64,000 nucleotides of DNA from a virus: positions 1 to 64,000 of IMG/VR virus record IMGVR_UViG_3300024336_000001; one strand, 5' to 3'. A program made the position numbers and the translations under genes. The notes beneath the pieces were generated by a model. It saw nothing but the letters and a program-made list of their open reading frames with translations, was not told where the DNA came from and did no database searches. Shown here piece after piece: positions 27,013-36,062 of the stretch. The stretch's first letter is position 1; each line of letters begins with the position of its first letter.

Positions 27013-27234
27013 ATGAACAAACTACACATTATATTTTCAGGTGATAGAGAGTTTAGGGTTTTAAGAACAGTCAGAACAACTCACGAGGAAGCTTGGGAAA
27101 TAGCAAACAGACTAGCCCAACATCCAAACAAAGATTTTGACCACTACGATGTCTTGGGTGGCTATGATACAGAACAGGAAATGGACGAGGATATTAGGCA
27201 GCATTACGCACAATCGAAGCTAGGGTATAGATAA
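27013..27234 (+). CDS. Hypothetical protein
   Basis: Last ORF of the early array. Confidence 0.5.
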   Translation: MNKLHIIFSGDREFRVLRTVRTTHEEAWEIANRLAQHPNKDFDHYDVLGGYDTEQEMDEDIRQHYAQSKLGYR

Positions 27235-27373
27235 ACAGGAAAAAATGGTGTATAATGTCTGACCCTATAAGCAGCACAATAGGTAAAAAAGCAGTAAAAA
27301 TGTAAAAAAATGAAATTTATTGGGTTGTTTATACGATAACTATATATGAAGTAGATTTTAACGGGGGTGGAGA

Positions 27374-27607
27374 ATGTTAACCGCTTGTAAGGAAGTCATA
27401 AATACAATCGAAGCAGCTACAGTTACAAGTTTTCTTGTATTTGGCACTTCCTATATTTCCGAAACCGATCTTTTACAAGGCATTGAAGGCAAGAGGGACA
27501 GAACTATTGTAAAAGAAGCTATCAATGAATTGTTTTTTGTTTTCTATACAAAGGTGAAAAAAGAAGCTGTCCGTTACCCTACTAGACCAGAATTTATAGT
27601 AAATTAA
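27374..27607 (+). CDS. Hypothetical protein
   Basis: GGAG RBS; convergent with repressor 2. Confidence 0.4.
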   Translation: MLTACKEVINTIEAATVTSFLVFGTSYISETDLLQGIEGKRDRTIVKEAINELFFVFYTKVKKEAVRYPTRPEFIVN

Positions 27608-28133
27608 ACACCAGGTTTAAAACGCCCTCGATTTTTTCGGGCTTATCTTTAAGTTTATCAATGATTTTGTACATAGCTACTTTCTCTCGCTCTTCTAGCT
27701 GCGTAAGACTTATATTGGCCTGAATTGCAGCAGGCGTAACCAAGTGATCTCTTAAATCAAGAGTTATAAACCCTTTTAGCTCGTTTTCAAAAAAGCTATC
27801 CAAAATTTCATCTTTTGCTGTAGATGTTAAAAAGTGGTATTTCCAGTAATTTTTATTTAAGTGCGCAGATATTTCTTCTATGTACTTAAGTAGCCCAGGC
27901 TCTTTGTTTCTTTCTTCGAAAGCAGCCAGAGCAAAATCATAGGCTTCTTCATCTGTTAAATTAAGAAGTTTAGCCAACGTCCGAACTTTATCTACTGGTG
28001 GAGCGATATGTTTGCCTGTTTCTATGTTTGAGATATAGCAGCGAGCAGAAATGTTCCCCAGCCCATCTAGCAAGCTTTGTTGGGTCATTTTCTTTTCTTT
28101 TCTATGTTTAGCGAGTAATTCAGCAAAGCTCAT
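27594..28133 (-). CDS. XRE-family repressor 2
   Basis: LAKHRKEKKMTQQSL...YISNIETGK HTH; paralogous to 16783-17271. Confidence 0.8.
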   Translation of the reverse strand: MSFAELLAKHRKEKKMTQQSLLDGLGNISARCYISNIETGKHIAPPVDKVRTLAKLLNLTDEEAYDFALAAFEERNKEPGLLKYIEEISAHLNKNYWKYHFLTSTAKDEILDSFFENELKGFITLDLRDHLVTPAAIQANISLTQLEEREKVAMYKIIDKLKDKPEKIEGVLNLVFNLL

Positions 28134-28200
28134 TATATTACTAATAATAACTATATTTTGATTTCAGCACAAGTTATATATACTCAGTATACCCATATCT

Positions 28201-28327
28201 ATATACTAGCGCAGTAGACAAAAGTATACAGCGGCAGTATACTTGAATATAGAGCAAGGAAAGAGAACGCCTAATTATGGAGCTAATAAGCAAGGTGATA
28301 ACGGTTACATATACTAGCTCAGTATAT
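28201..28327. promoter_or_regulatory. Three 19-bp operator-like palindromes
   Basis: ATATACTAGCGCAGTAGAC (28201), GTATACAGCGGCAGTATAC (28224), ATATACTAGCTCAGTATAT (28309). Confidence 0.65.
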
Positions 28328-28363
28328 ATGACAGCTTAGTAGAACACTGGGCTAATCTTTATC

Positions 28364-28552
28364 TTATGAAAGGAGGTCGGTAAAAGGAACATTTAGTTTT
28401 TCGGCGACACGATCAAGCCAGTTGATACTTGGTACTCTTGCGCCGGATTCGATTTTTTTATAATAGCTTAAGGAGATGTGGAACTTTTGGGCAAATTCTT
28501 CTTGAGTCAAACCTAATTTGAGGCGAACCTCTTTAACTTTTATCTTATACAT
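28364..28552 (-). CDS. Cro/XRE HTH protein
   Basis: VKEVRLKLGLTQEEFAQKFHISLSYYKKIESGARVPS; likely start MYKIK. Confidence 0.8.
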   Translation of the reverse strand: MYKIKVKEVRLKLGLTQEEFAQKFHISLSYYKKIESGARVPSINWLDRVAEKLNVPFTDLLS

Positions 28553-28626
28553 AATTAAAGATTGTAGTACGATAATGAGCTTAAGTAAGGGACACAAATA
28601 GGGAACTTTTTAAAAGGAGTAATGGG

Positions 28627-29019
28627 ATGAAAAACTACAAAGTAACGATTGCTGAACAGCATCATTATAGTATTGCTGTAAAAGCTGCTGGGGAATTTGA
28701 GGCCGGAGAAATAGTAGAAAAGAAGTGGGATAACGGCAAGGGGCGTAATGCATTTTCTGTAGAGGAAGTTAGTGGTTGTGATGTTGTGAGCACTGAACAG
28801 GTGTCAGATAAAAATGAAAAAATAGCGACTGTCCAAGATTTTAAAGATTACAACAATAAAATGGAAAGGGCATTGAGAGACGTTTACCTATTTCTAAGGG
28901 CTAAAAATAAAGAAAACACATATAAATACCCAGAAGAAAATTTAGGGGATATAAACCAACTCTTACAAGAGGTTTCAATTATATTTGAGCGAAAAATTCA
29001 TCAGGAAGCACCAAGATAA
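28627..29019 (+). CDS. Hypothetical protein with a DpnD/PcfM-like N-terminus
   Basis: MKNYKVTIAEQHHYSIAVKA; AAGGAG RBS. Confidence 0.55.
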   Translation: MKNYKVTIAEQHHYSIAVKAAGEFEAGEIVEKKWDNGKGRNAFSVEEVSGCDVVSTEQVSDKNEKIATVQDFKDYNNKMERALRDVYLFLRAKNKENTYKYPEENLGDINQLLQEVSIIFERKIHQEAPR

Positions 29020-29115
29020 AAATATTATTTGATGTATAATATAAAAAATGAGCTTTTAGGGAAATTGCAGAAGATAAACGAGAAATAAAATCACTTTTTT
29101 GATATACTAATATAA

Positions 29116-29133
29116 TGTTTGATGCGTCAAACA
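29116..29133. promoter_or_regulatory. Operator-like palindrome, copy 1
   Basis: TGTTTGATGCGTCAAACA, overlapping a TATAAT at 29111-29116. Confidence 0.7.
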
Positions 29134-29164
29134 AACAAGGGTAATTTAGGGCAGTAAGGGACGT

Positions 29165-29674
29165 ATGAAAGAAATAAAAACAGACAACATACAAATTATT
29201 CAATATAAGAACGGGAAGCAACATAGTTTAAAAGATGAAATGGTGCGGATGTTCCATTTTGAAAAACGAGATTTTAAAAATGCCCTCCGTTATTCCCATG
29301 AATACATTGTGGCTTGTCTTGAGATATCAAACAACCCTGAATATGCTGTAGGTATAAACACCTGGTATTTTCGTGATAATAAGAACGAGCGATTATTTCC
29401 AACCTGGAAAAGAGCCTTAATTTCTCAGCCAGTGATACCAGCCTCAATAATTCAAAGACGCAGGCTTAACAAATACCTTCAGAACAGAATAAAGGAGCTG
29501 AAAGACACCAGTTCTTTAGACACTTTTTATGTCTTTGCTCCTTATAAAATTGATATAATGAAAAGAGTCCTTAACACAATTTATTCGGAATATGTTTATT
29601 ATCGGGATAAAGTGGGTAATACATCTATATTGAGTAGAGATGAGAGGAGATATATATGCCACAAAAGAAAATGA
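29165..29674 (+). CDS. Hypothetical protein
   Basis: 169-aa ORF with an AAGGGA RBS. Confidence 0.55.
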   Translation: MKEIKTDNIQIIQYKNGKQHSLKDEMVRMFHFEKRDFKNALRYSHEYIVACLEISNNPEYAVGINTWYFRDNKNERLFPTWKRALISQPVIPASIIQRRRLNKYLQNRIKELKDTSSLDTFYVFAPYKIDIMKRVLNTIYSEYVYYRDKVGNTSILSRDERRYICHKRK

Positions 29675-29898
29675 TAGCAACCCCTTTTGAAAAGCTTGCG
29701 GAAAAGTTAAGTCAGCGACTGGGCAAAAAAGTAGATTTAAACAAAGGCTGGGGAATATTTTTGCCCATAGCACTAAAAGCATCCTTGGGGAATTTACCTA
29801 AGAATGTTTTTTATTCAGCTACAGAACAAAAACCGTTTGCAGCTCCATTGCCTCCGAGATATTTAACCACAGCTTTTTCGACCATTTCCGTAAATTAG
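29671..29898 (+). CDS. Small hypothetical protein
   Basis: ATGA coupling with the upstream ORF (start MIATP). Confidence 0.35.
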   Translation: MIATPFEKLAEKLSQRLGKKVDLNKGWGIFLPIALKASLGNLPKNVFYSATEQKPFAAPLPPRYLTTAFSTISVN

Positions 29899-30109
29899 TC
29901 AAACCTAAACACGTCTTTAATCTTTTGAATTCAAAAATTCTTTTAAAAATGGTACAGTATAAAGTATATTGACCGTATTGTTTGTATGCTTTATAGGATG
30001 CGTCACCAGTATGATTTAATAGCAGTTGAATAATGTGGGAGGGGAGCTTATATAAGTCAGTAAATACCTTATACCCGAAATAAGGGGTAGCAAAATAGGG
30101 AGCCAGAAG

Positions 30110-31816
30110 ATGAATAAATTAAAAAAGAAAACAAAAGAAAAAGAAACGCTTCTCTCTGCTAATTTTATCACAAAAGATGGTTTAGAACACAAAGAACTAG
30201 ACCTTCCTGAAAGTCACCCTGGAAAACTATCCCTCGGAAGAAATGTAACCGATACAAATATTATCCCGCATGAAGACAGATTAGATCTTGATGGCGAAGA
30301 TGTTGCTGGTTTATTCCCAGAGGTAAAAAAAGAAGTATTTGAACCAACGACCGGTATTCAAGATAAAGATAAAAATTATATTCTTGAAAACGAAATCACA
30401 AATCTAGTTGAGGATGTCCAAAAAACAAAAGAAACCCCACAAATTATCAATGCTAACGACCTTGTTTTTACTGTTACCAAAAAAGAACCAGGAGATAGGG
30501 TTGAGATTATCCAGGATTACCCGGCTAAAGTTTTTCCAGAGCCTAAAAATAAAGCTTTTATTGAAAAAATAGACGAAATATGGAGCGAGACATCTTCAGG
30601 GATGTCTTTTCATCATCTCTACACAGAAGACTTTGCGCTAGATGGCCGAGAAATACACATTAAAGGGCAAAAGGTTCTCAATTTTGGGTCTTGTAGTTAT
30701 TTGGGCTTAGAGCACCACCCAAAGCTAAAAGAAGGAGCGATAGAGGCAATACAGAGATACGGCACTCAATACTCTTCGTCCATTACTTATCTGTCATTAG
30801 GTTTATATAAAGAACTGAAAGAAAAATACACAAAAATATTTGGAAGTAACGTTGTGTTAGCCCCAACGACAACCTTGGCTCATGCATCTAGCATTCCATT
30901 GATAGCTGATGAACACGACGTTTTTTTGTTAGACCAACAAGTTCACAACTCTGTACAAATGGGCACTCAATTAGCCGCAGCGCAGGGGACACCTTTTTTT
31001 ATAATGCCTCACAACAATATCGAGGCTCTTGAAGATAAAATCCAGAAATTGAAAAATGAACATAGAAAAATTTGGTATTTTCTTGATGGGGTTTACTCAA
31101 TGTATGGAGATCTAGCCCCTATTGCCGAGCTAGAAAAGTTGCGAGATAAATATGACAATTTATATCTTTATATAGATGATGCTCACGGAACAAGCTGGCG
31201 AGGAAAAAATGGGAAAGGTCATGCGTTAAGCTGCCTGAAAAGCTTAAGGAAGACCATAGTCGCTGTTTCTAACAACAAGGCGTTTGCTGGGGCCGGAGGA
31301 TCCTTGGTTATAGAAGATCCAGAACTTTATAATGTTATAAGCAATTTTGGTCAGACAATGATTTTTGGGGGACCAATTCAACCGGCCAACTTAGGAGCAT
31401 GTTTGGCTTCTGCCGATATTCATTTATCAAAAGAAATTTATGTGCTTCAAGATAAGCTTAGATCAAAGATTGATCTAAGAAATAGATTGTTTGATAAATA
31501 TGATATTCCGGTTTTTGGAGATCGCCAAACCCCCATATCCTTTATTTGTGTGGGATCCCCAAAATCCCTTGGGATCCTTTTTCATAAATTGTTTGAAGAT
31601 GGCATTTACACTAATTGTGCAGTATATCCGGCTGTATCCAAACAAAAAAGTGGTCTTAGGACAACAATGACTAATCATCTTACAGATGCGGACATTGAAA
31701 AATTTGTTGAGCGAGTTGCCTATCATTTGCCCAAAATTCTTCAAGAAGAAGGGTCCTCGATAGAAAAAATTAAAAAGAGGTTTAAAATAAAAGAGAGAAA
31801 CCTTGTAAAGGTTTAA
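30110..31816 (+). CDS. PLP-dependent alpha-oxoamine synthase (BioF/Kbl/CqsA/LqsA fold) with an N-terminal extension of about 150 aa
   Basis: NFGSCSYLGL, DQQVHNS (stacking His), DGVYSMYGD, IDDAHG (Asp), SNNKAF (PLP Lys), YPAV...GLR. Confidence 0.85.
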   Translation: MNKLKKKTKEKETLLSANFITKDGLEHKELDLPESHPGKLSLGRNVTDTNIIPHEDRLDLDGEDVAGLFPEVKKEVFEPTTGIQDKDKNYILENEITNLVEDVQKTKETPQIINANDLVFTVTKKEPGDRVEIIQDYPAKVFPEPKNKAFIEKIDEIWSETSSGMSFHHLYTEDFALDGREIHIKGQKVLNFGSCSYLGLEHHPKLKEGAIEAIQRYGTQYSSSITYLSLGLYKELKEKYTKIFGSNVVLAPTTTLAHASSIPLIADEHDVFLLDQQVHNSVQMGTQLAAAQGTPFFIMPHNNIEALEDKIQKLKNEHRKIWYFLDGVYSMYGDLAPIAELEKLRDKYDNLYLYIDDAHGTSWRGKNGKGHALSCLKSLRKTIVAVSNNKAFAGAGGSLVIEDPELYNVISNFGQTMIFGGPIQPANLGACLASADIHLSKEIYVLQDKLRSKIDLRNRLFDKYDIPVFGDRQTPISFICVGSPKSLGILFHKLFEDGIYTNCAVYPAVSKQKSGLRTTMTNHLTDADIEKFVERVAYHLPKILQEEGSSIEKIKKRFKIKERNLVKV

Positions 31817-31818
31817 CC

Positions 31819-34686
31819 TTGGATATATTTTACTGGTCTTCGATAGCTGCTTTTTTTCTCACATTATTTTTGGCCGTCTTTGTGTATTTTGAGGACAAGC
31901 AACGAAGCACCCACAAAGTATTAGGCTTGTTTGTTTTAATCTTGGCCGTAGGCATCTTTGGTGATTTTTATTACAGAATTCCAATAATTAACTCTTCTTT
32001 TATACCCAATATATTGCGGGGCATTTTCGCCATTGTGCCGTTTTCTCCGGCTTTATGGGTACATTTTATTTTCTTGTTTACAAAAATTAAACCAAAAAAA
32101 CACGTACTCTCGACTATATATTTAAGTTCATTGGTGTTATCGGTGTTAAATGTGCTATTTCCTAAATTTATTTTTAGTGAAGTTTCTTTAACGGCGACAC
32201 ATCTTCTTAAGACAACCCCGTCCATAGGATTTTATTTATTTGCTATATATATCTTCGGGGGGGCAACTCTAAGTCTGTATTTTGTTATTAAAGCAAGAAA
32301 GCGCAGCGCAGGGCATTTTAGAGAGCAACTAAACTATTATTTGTTTGCAAACGTTATTATTTTTATAGCTGTAATATTGTATGCAATAGCGGTTGGTTTC
32401 TTTCCGGGCTTTCCTCGCCTGGATAATGTGTTTTTAAGTATATATGTTTTAATTATTGTTTATAGTATTACTAGAAGAGAGCTATTAAACATAAAACTCC
32501 TTGTTGGCCGTCTGCTCACATATGGGCTATTAGTAGCGGGGGTCGGCTTTGTGATGTATATGTCTCGTTTTTCCGTAGACAGTTTCTATTTATCTTCGCT
32601 CGTGGCTTTCGTTATCTCTACTTGGCTGGCATCATTTATTTTTATCAAGGGCAAAAGAAGCTTAATTAATAGAGTATTTGCAGGGTTTTTATTAACGCTA
32701 TCTGCCGGAATATTTGGCGATTACTTTTATTATACGCCAGTGGTTAACAATATTGCTCCAAGAGAATTGTTAAGAGCAGCGTATGTAATAACACCTTTTT
32801 CTGCATCTACGTTATTACATTTTATATTCTTATTCACAAAGACTAAGCCTCCCAAGGGTATAGTCCCATTATTATATACTGGATCTATATTATTGATGGT
32901 ATTGAACTTAGCGATACCAGCGTTTTATTTTCAATCAGCCACAGTTAAAACGTTAGGGGAGTTGAGCACGACAACGACACTGGCTTATCACGTCTTTAGT
33001 AGTTATAACCTGATGGCAGTATTGCTTAGTTTTGTGTTTGTAATACGCCGAAGAAGAAAAAGCAGAGGGAAATTAAGGGCGCAGATGAATTATTATCTTT
33101 TTGCTGCGGTTAGTATTATATGTGCAGCACTTTTATATTCTATTGCAATGGGAATTTCTCCAAATACTCCAAGATTAGATAATATATTCTTGGTTCTTTA
33201 TGTTTGTACCATTGCATATAGCATTACTAAAAGTGAACTATTTCAAATTCAGATTGTTATTAGTCGAACGCTTGCTTATGGGTTAACCTATGCCTCTGTA
33301 ATATTTATTTTTTTGCTAATGAACCTACATATTAAAGAGCCGAATATAAAAGTATGGTTTAATCTGTTTTATTGTTTACTGTGTGCATTGGTAGCTCCTA
33401 GAGTAAGAGGAAAGCTTCAGACTGGATTAGAAGAGAAATTTGTGTCAGACGATTATGAGCCTAATAAGGTTATAGATGAAATAACAAAAGATATTACCGG
33501 TGTTTATGAAAGAGAAGGTATTTTTAAAATTTTAATCAAAGCCATAGAAGCAATTATCAAAACCAAAGATAGTCATTTATTAGTTTTGGAAAAAGGGACT
33601 GAAAGAACCAACAATATTTTTCATTTATATGACAAGGATATGATAGAAGTTGCAAGTATGGACCCAGATAATCCGGTTATCAAATATTTTCATAATAAAT
33701 ATAAGCCAATAAAATTCAGTAAGCTAGATAAGGAAGCGCAGGGCGAACTAAAAAAATATTATATTAATAGATTTAGCATTCTAATTCCCTTATACTCTCC
33801 TCCCAATTTATTTGACGGGCTGCTTATTGTTGGACAAAAAGTATCAGAGGCCGCTTACACGAATAAAGATATAGGTTTGTTTCAAACCATTATAAATTTT
33901 ACAAAAGTGATTTTAGATAGACTCCGGCCATATGAGGAAATCAAGCAGGAGTACGCAGAAGATAGAGAGCGAGTATATGAAGCTAAAATGATGGAAATTC
34001 AAGCCAAAAAAAATGAGGACTTCGCTTATACTATTCAAGAGTATAACCACGAGATCAGAACCCCTTTAACTATGCTAATTGGAGCTATTCACACCTTACT
34101 TTATAAAATTAAAGGACAAAAGCCTATTTCGAACTTAAAAGAAGAGTTAGATGATATGCTAAAAAATGGAGAGAGGATGAACGATATAGTTGGCACAACA
34201 TTAAGGCTTACTCCAGGCAGCATTAGTGAAAGAAAGCGGAAAAGAGATCCCCAAGGAATAAATGAAATTATCCAGCAAGCACTTGATCTATATACGTTTG
34301 TACACGAGGTTAAGGTGATTAAGAATTTTAATGAAGAAGAGATATATGTATTCGGTGTTAATAATGATATTGAACGCATTTTCATAAATCTAATTCGTAA
34401 TGCCGATGAAGCAATGCCTAAAGGAGGAAAGCTTCAAATTAAAACCTCCCTGCAAAATCAAGAAGCTTGCATTGAGATAAAAGACACCGGAATAGGAATC
34501 CCGGAAGAAGATCAACAAAAAGTATGGGAAATACATCGCTCAAGACATGTAACAAAAGGCAGAGGCTTAGGTTTGTCGATAGTTCATAGATTAGTGACTG
34601 AGCACCAAGCCAGGATCACTTTAAATAGTATAGAAGGGGAAGGCACAACTTTTACTGTGCTTTTTCCGACAGTGGAGGCTATTTAG
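31819..34686 (+). CDS. Sensor histidine kinase with two tandem 7TM modules, a GAF-like domain, HisKA and HATPase
   Basis: H-box HEIRTPL, N-box NLIRNA, G1 DTGIGI, G2 GRGLGLSIV; duplicated membrane domain; TTG start 2 nt after the synthase stop. Confidence 0.92.
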   Translation: MDIFYWSSIAAFFLTLFLAVFVYFEDKQRSTHKVLGLFVLILAVGIFGDFYYRIPIINSSFIPNILRGIFAIVPFSPALWVHFIFLFTKIKPKKHVLSTIYLSSLVLSVLNVLFPKFIFSEVSLTATHLLKTTPSIGFYLFAIYIFGGATLSLYFVIKARKRSAGHFREQLNYYLFANVIIFIAVILYAIAVGFFPGFPRLDNVFLSIYVLIIVYSITRRELLNIKLLVGRLLTYGLLVAGVGFVMYMSRFSVDSFYLSSLVAFVISTWLASFIFIKGKRSLINRVFAGFLLTLSAGIFGDYFYYTPVVNNIAPRELLRAAYVITPFSASTLLHFIFLFTKTKPPKGIVPLLYTGSILLMVLNLAIPAFYFQSATVKTLGELSTTTTLAYHVFSSYNLMAVLLSFVFVIRRRRKSRGKLRAQMNYYLFAAVSIICAALLYSIAMGISPNTPRLDNIFLVLYVCTIAYSITKSELFQIQIVISRTLAYGLTYASVIFIFLLMNLHIKEPNIKVWFNLFYCLLCALVAPRVRGKLQTGLEEKFVSDDYEPNKVIDEITKDITGVYEREGIFKILIKAIEAIIKTKDSHLLVLEKGTERTNNIFHLYDKDMIEVASMDPDNPVIKYFHNKYKPIKFSKLDKEAQGELKKYYINRFSILIPLYSPPNLFDGLLIVGQKVSEAAYTNKDIGLFQTIINFTKVILDRLRPYEEIKQEYAEDRERVYEAKMMEIQAKKNEDFAYTIQEYNHEIRTPLTMLIGAIHTLLYKIKGQKPISNLKEELDDMLKNGERMNDIVGTTLRLTPGSISERKRKRDPQGINEIIQQALDLYTFVHEVKVIKNFNEEEIYVFGVNNDIERIFINLIRNADEAMPKGGKLQIKTSLQNQEACIEIKDTGIGIPEEDQQKVWEIHRSRHVTKGRGLGLSIVHRLVTEHQARITLNSIEGEGTTFTVLFPTVEAI

Positions 34687-34921
34687 CCTCTGTAAGCGTC
34701 TGGGGTTTATTGATATATATAGACACTGGTTTATTTGAAGTAGGTCCAAATAAAGCTTGCTTGCTTGATATCATGCTTTGAAAATTATCATCAGTATATT
34801 TGTGGCTATAGGGCACATATTTTTTTGCTAAATCGACAAATAGTTCCCCAGCCCTTTCAAAATTATCAACTATAATATTTTCAGCTAGACTAAAGTTTTC
34901 AATTACAATAAGGTTCCACAT
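34679..34921 (-). CDS. Hypothetical protein
   Basis: 80-aa ORF downstream of the response regulator. Confidence 0.5.
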   Translation of the reverse strand: MWNLIVIENFSLAENIIVDNFERAGELFVDLAKKYVPYSHKYTDDNFQSMISSKQALFGPTSNKPVSIYINKPQTLTEAK

Positions 34922-34963
34922 AGATATTCCCCAGGGCAGTTAAGATTAGCTGCTATCTCTTGA

Positions 34964-35461
34964 TTATTTAGATTCGTCTTCTAGTTCTTTGCGTCTGACA
35001 TAAGATTTTTCTCTTAGATCATCTTTCATGTATTCACCATGCTTTTTGATGACAACCTTTTCTAAAACATCTACTAATTCGTCTGGGTTAAATGGTTTTT
35101 TAAGATACCCTACTGCACCCCCCACAATGGGGCTAGTAGCTTTAGCCCATTTTTTTTGATCTTCGTAAGCACTTAGTATAATAACACTCATTTCTTCATA
35201 AAAGCCTTCAGATTTGCGCCACTCCCTGAGCATATCAAGCCCATCCAGGTCAGGCATTTTTATGTCTAAAATTACACAATCAATTTTATTTGGTCCTATA
35301 CCAACCCAGGTTTTATGTTTTTTTAATGTTTTCAAGCCTTCTTTTCCGCCGTTAGCGGTAATGATATTCCATCCTAAACGATCCTCAACAGTATTTTTTA
35401 TCAAGTTTGTAACGCCCACCTCATCATCAATAGCTAAAATTAAAGGTTTACCTTTTTTCAT
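34964..35461 (-). CDS. Single-domain (CheY-like) response regulator
   Basis: ILAIDDE, ILDIKMPDLDG (phospho-Asp), ILSA, YLKKPF; no DNA-binding domain. Confidence 0.92.
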   Translation of the reverse strand: MKKGKPLILAIDDEVGVTNLIKNTVEDRLGWNIITANGGKEGLKTLKKHKTWVGIGPNKIDCVILDIKMPDLDGLDMLREWRKSEGFYEEMSVIILSAYEDQKKWAKATSPIVGGAVGYLKKPFNPDELVDVLEKVVIKKHGEYMKDDLREKSYVRRKELEDESK

Positions 35462-35888
35462 TTATGCCTCCTTTTTCAAATTTATTGTCCCAATAATCAA
35501 GACAATGCCCAAGAACATGATAAGGGCCTAAAAAGAAACCTTTAATTGGAAAATACACAATTAAAGGAAGATAGATAGCGAAAACAGTAAAAGCCTCTAC
35601 AAACGGATGAGAGGGCTTTCTTTGACCGGCTTTATACTCTTTTTCAACCCGTGTTTTTTCGTATTCATTGCCAATGGCGTTTAGATAATAAGCCATATGT
35701 TTGTGGAAACTAGCTTGAGGATATGATTTTCTGTTCATAAGAGAATCACGTATACAGCGAGCCATGTTTTTGTACCAAGAAACAAAGCCACCTAAAAAAC
35801 CAATTATCGCTCCGTAAACTATTGACCATAACAATACGATTAAAAAGTAAATGTAAAATAAGATTTTTTTCATATAATAGCCTTCCAT
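35448..35888 (-). CDS. Two-segment membrane protein co-transcribed with the response regulator
   Basis: Two hydrophobic segments; overlaps the regulator start. Confidence 0.6.
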   Translation of the reverse strand: MEGYYMKKILFYIYFLIVLLWSIVYGAIIGFLGGFVSWYKNMARCIRDSLMNRKSYPQASFHKHMAYYLNAIGNEYEKTRVEKEYKAGQRKPSHPFVEAFTVFAIYLPLIVYFPIKGFFLGPYHVLGHCLDYWDNKFEKGGINEKR

Positions 35889-35926
35889 AATGACATCATT
35901 ATATCACTATTTTAGCATTGTATCAC

Positions 35927-35944
35927 TGTTTGATGCATCAAACA
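35927..35944. promoter_or_regulatory. Operator-like palindrome, copy 2
   Basis: Perfect TGTTTGATGCATCAAACA between divergent TATAAT boxes (minus strand near 35898-35903, plus strand 35961-35966). Confidence 0.7.
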
Positions 35945-36062
35945 AATAAACAATATGTTGTATAATGTAGAAATGTAAAATAACCATATGGCATAAGGCT
36001 ATAAGTAACATTACATTCGGCTTATAATGCAATGTATTCTATAATAATGAGGGAGAATAAAA

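Noticed and set aside
30110-31816. Naming the enzyme bioF or cqsA
   Set aside because: The fold is shared but the motifs match neither exactly, and there are no other bio genes; the substrate cannot be read from sequence.
35984-36045. Second dif-like site (GGCATAA-GGCTAT...) upstream of the HU operon
   Set aside because: The arms are not symmetric and match the 18489 site poorly.
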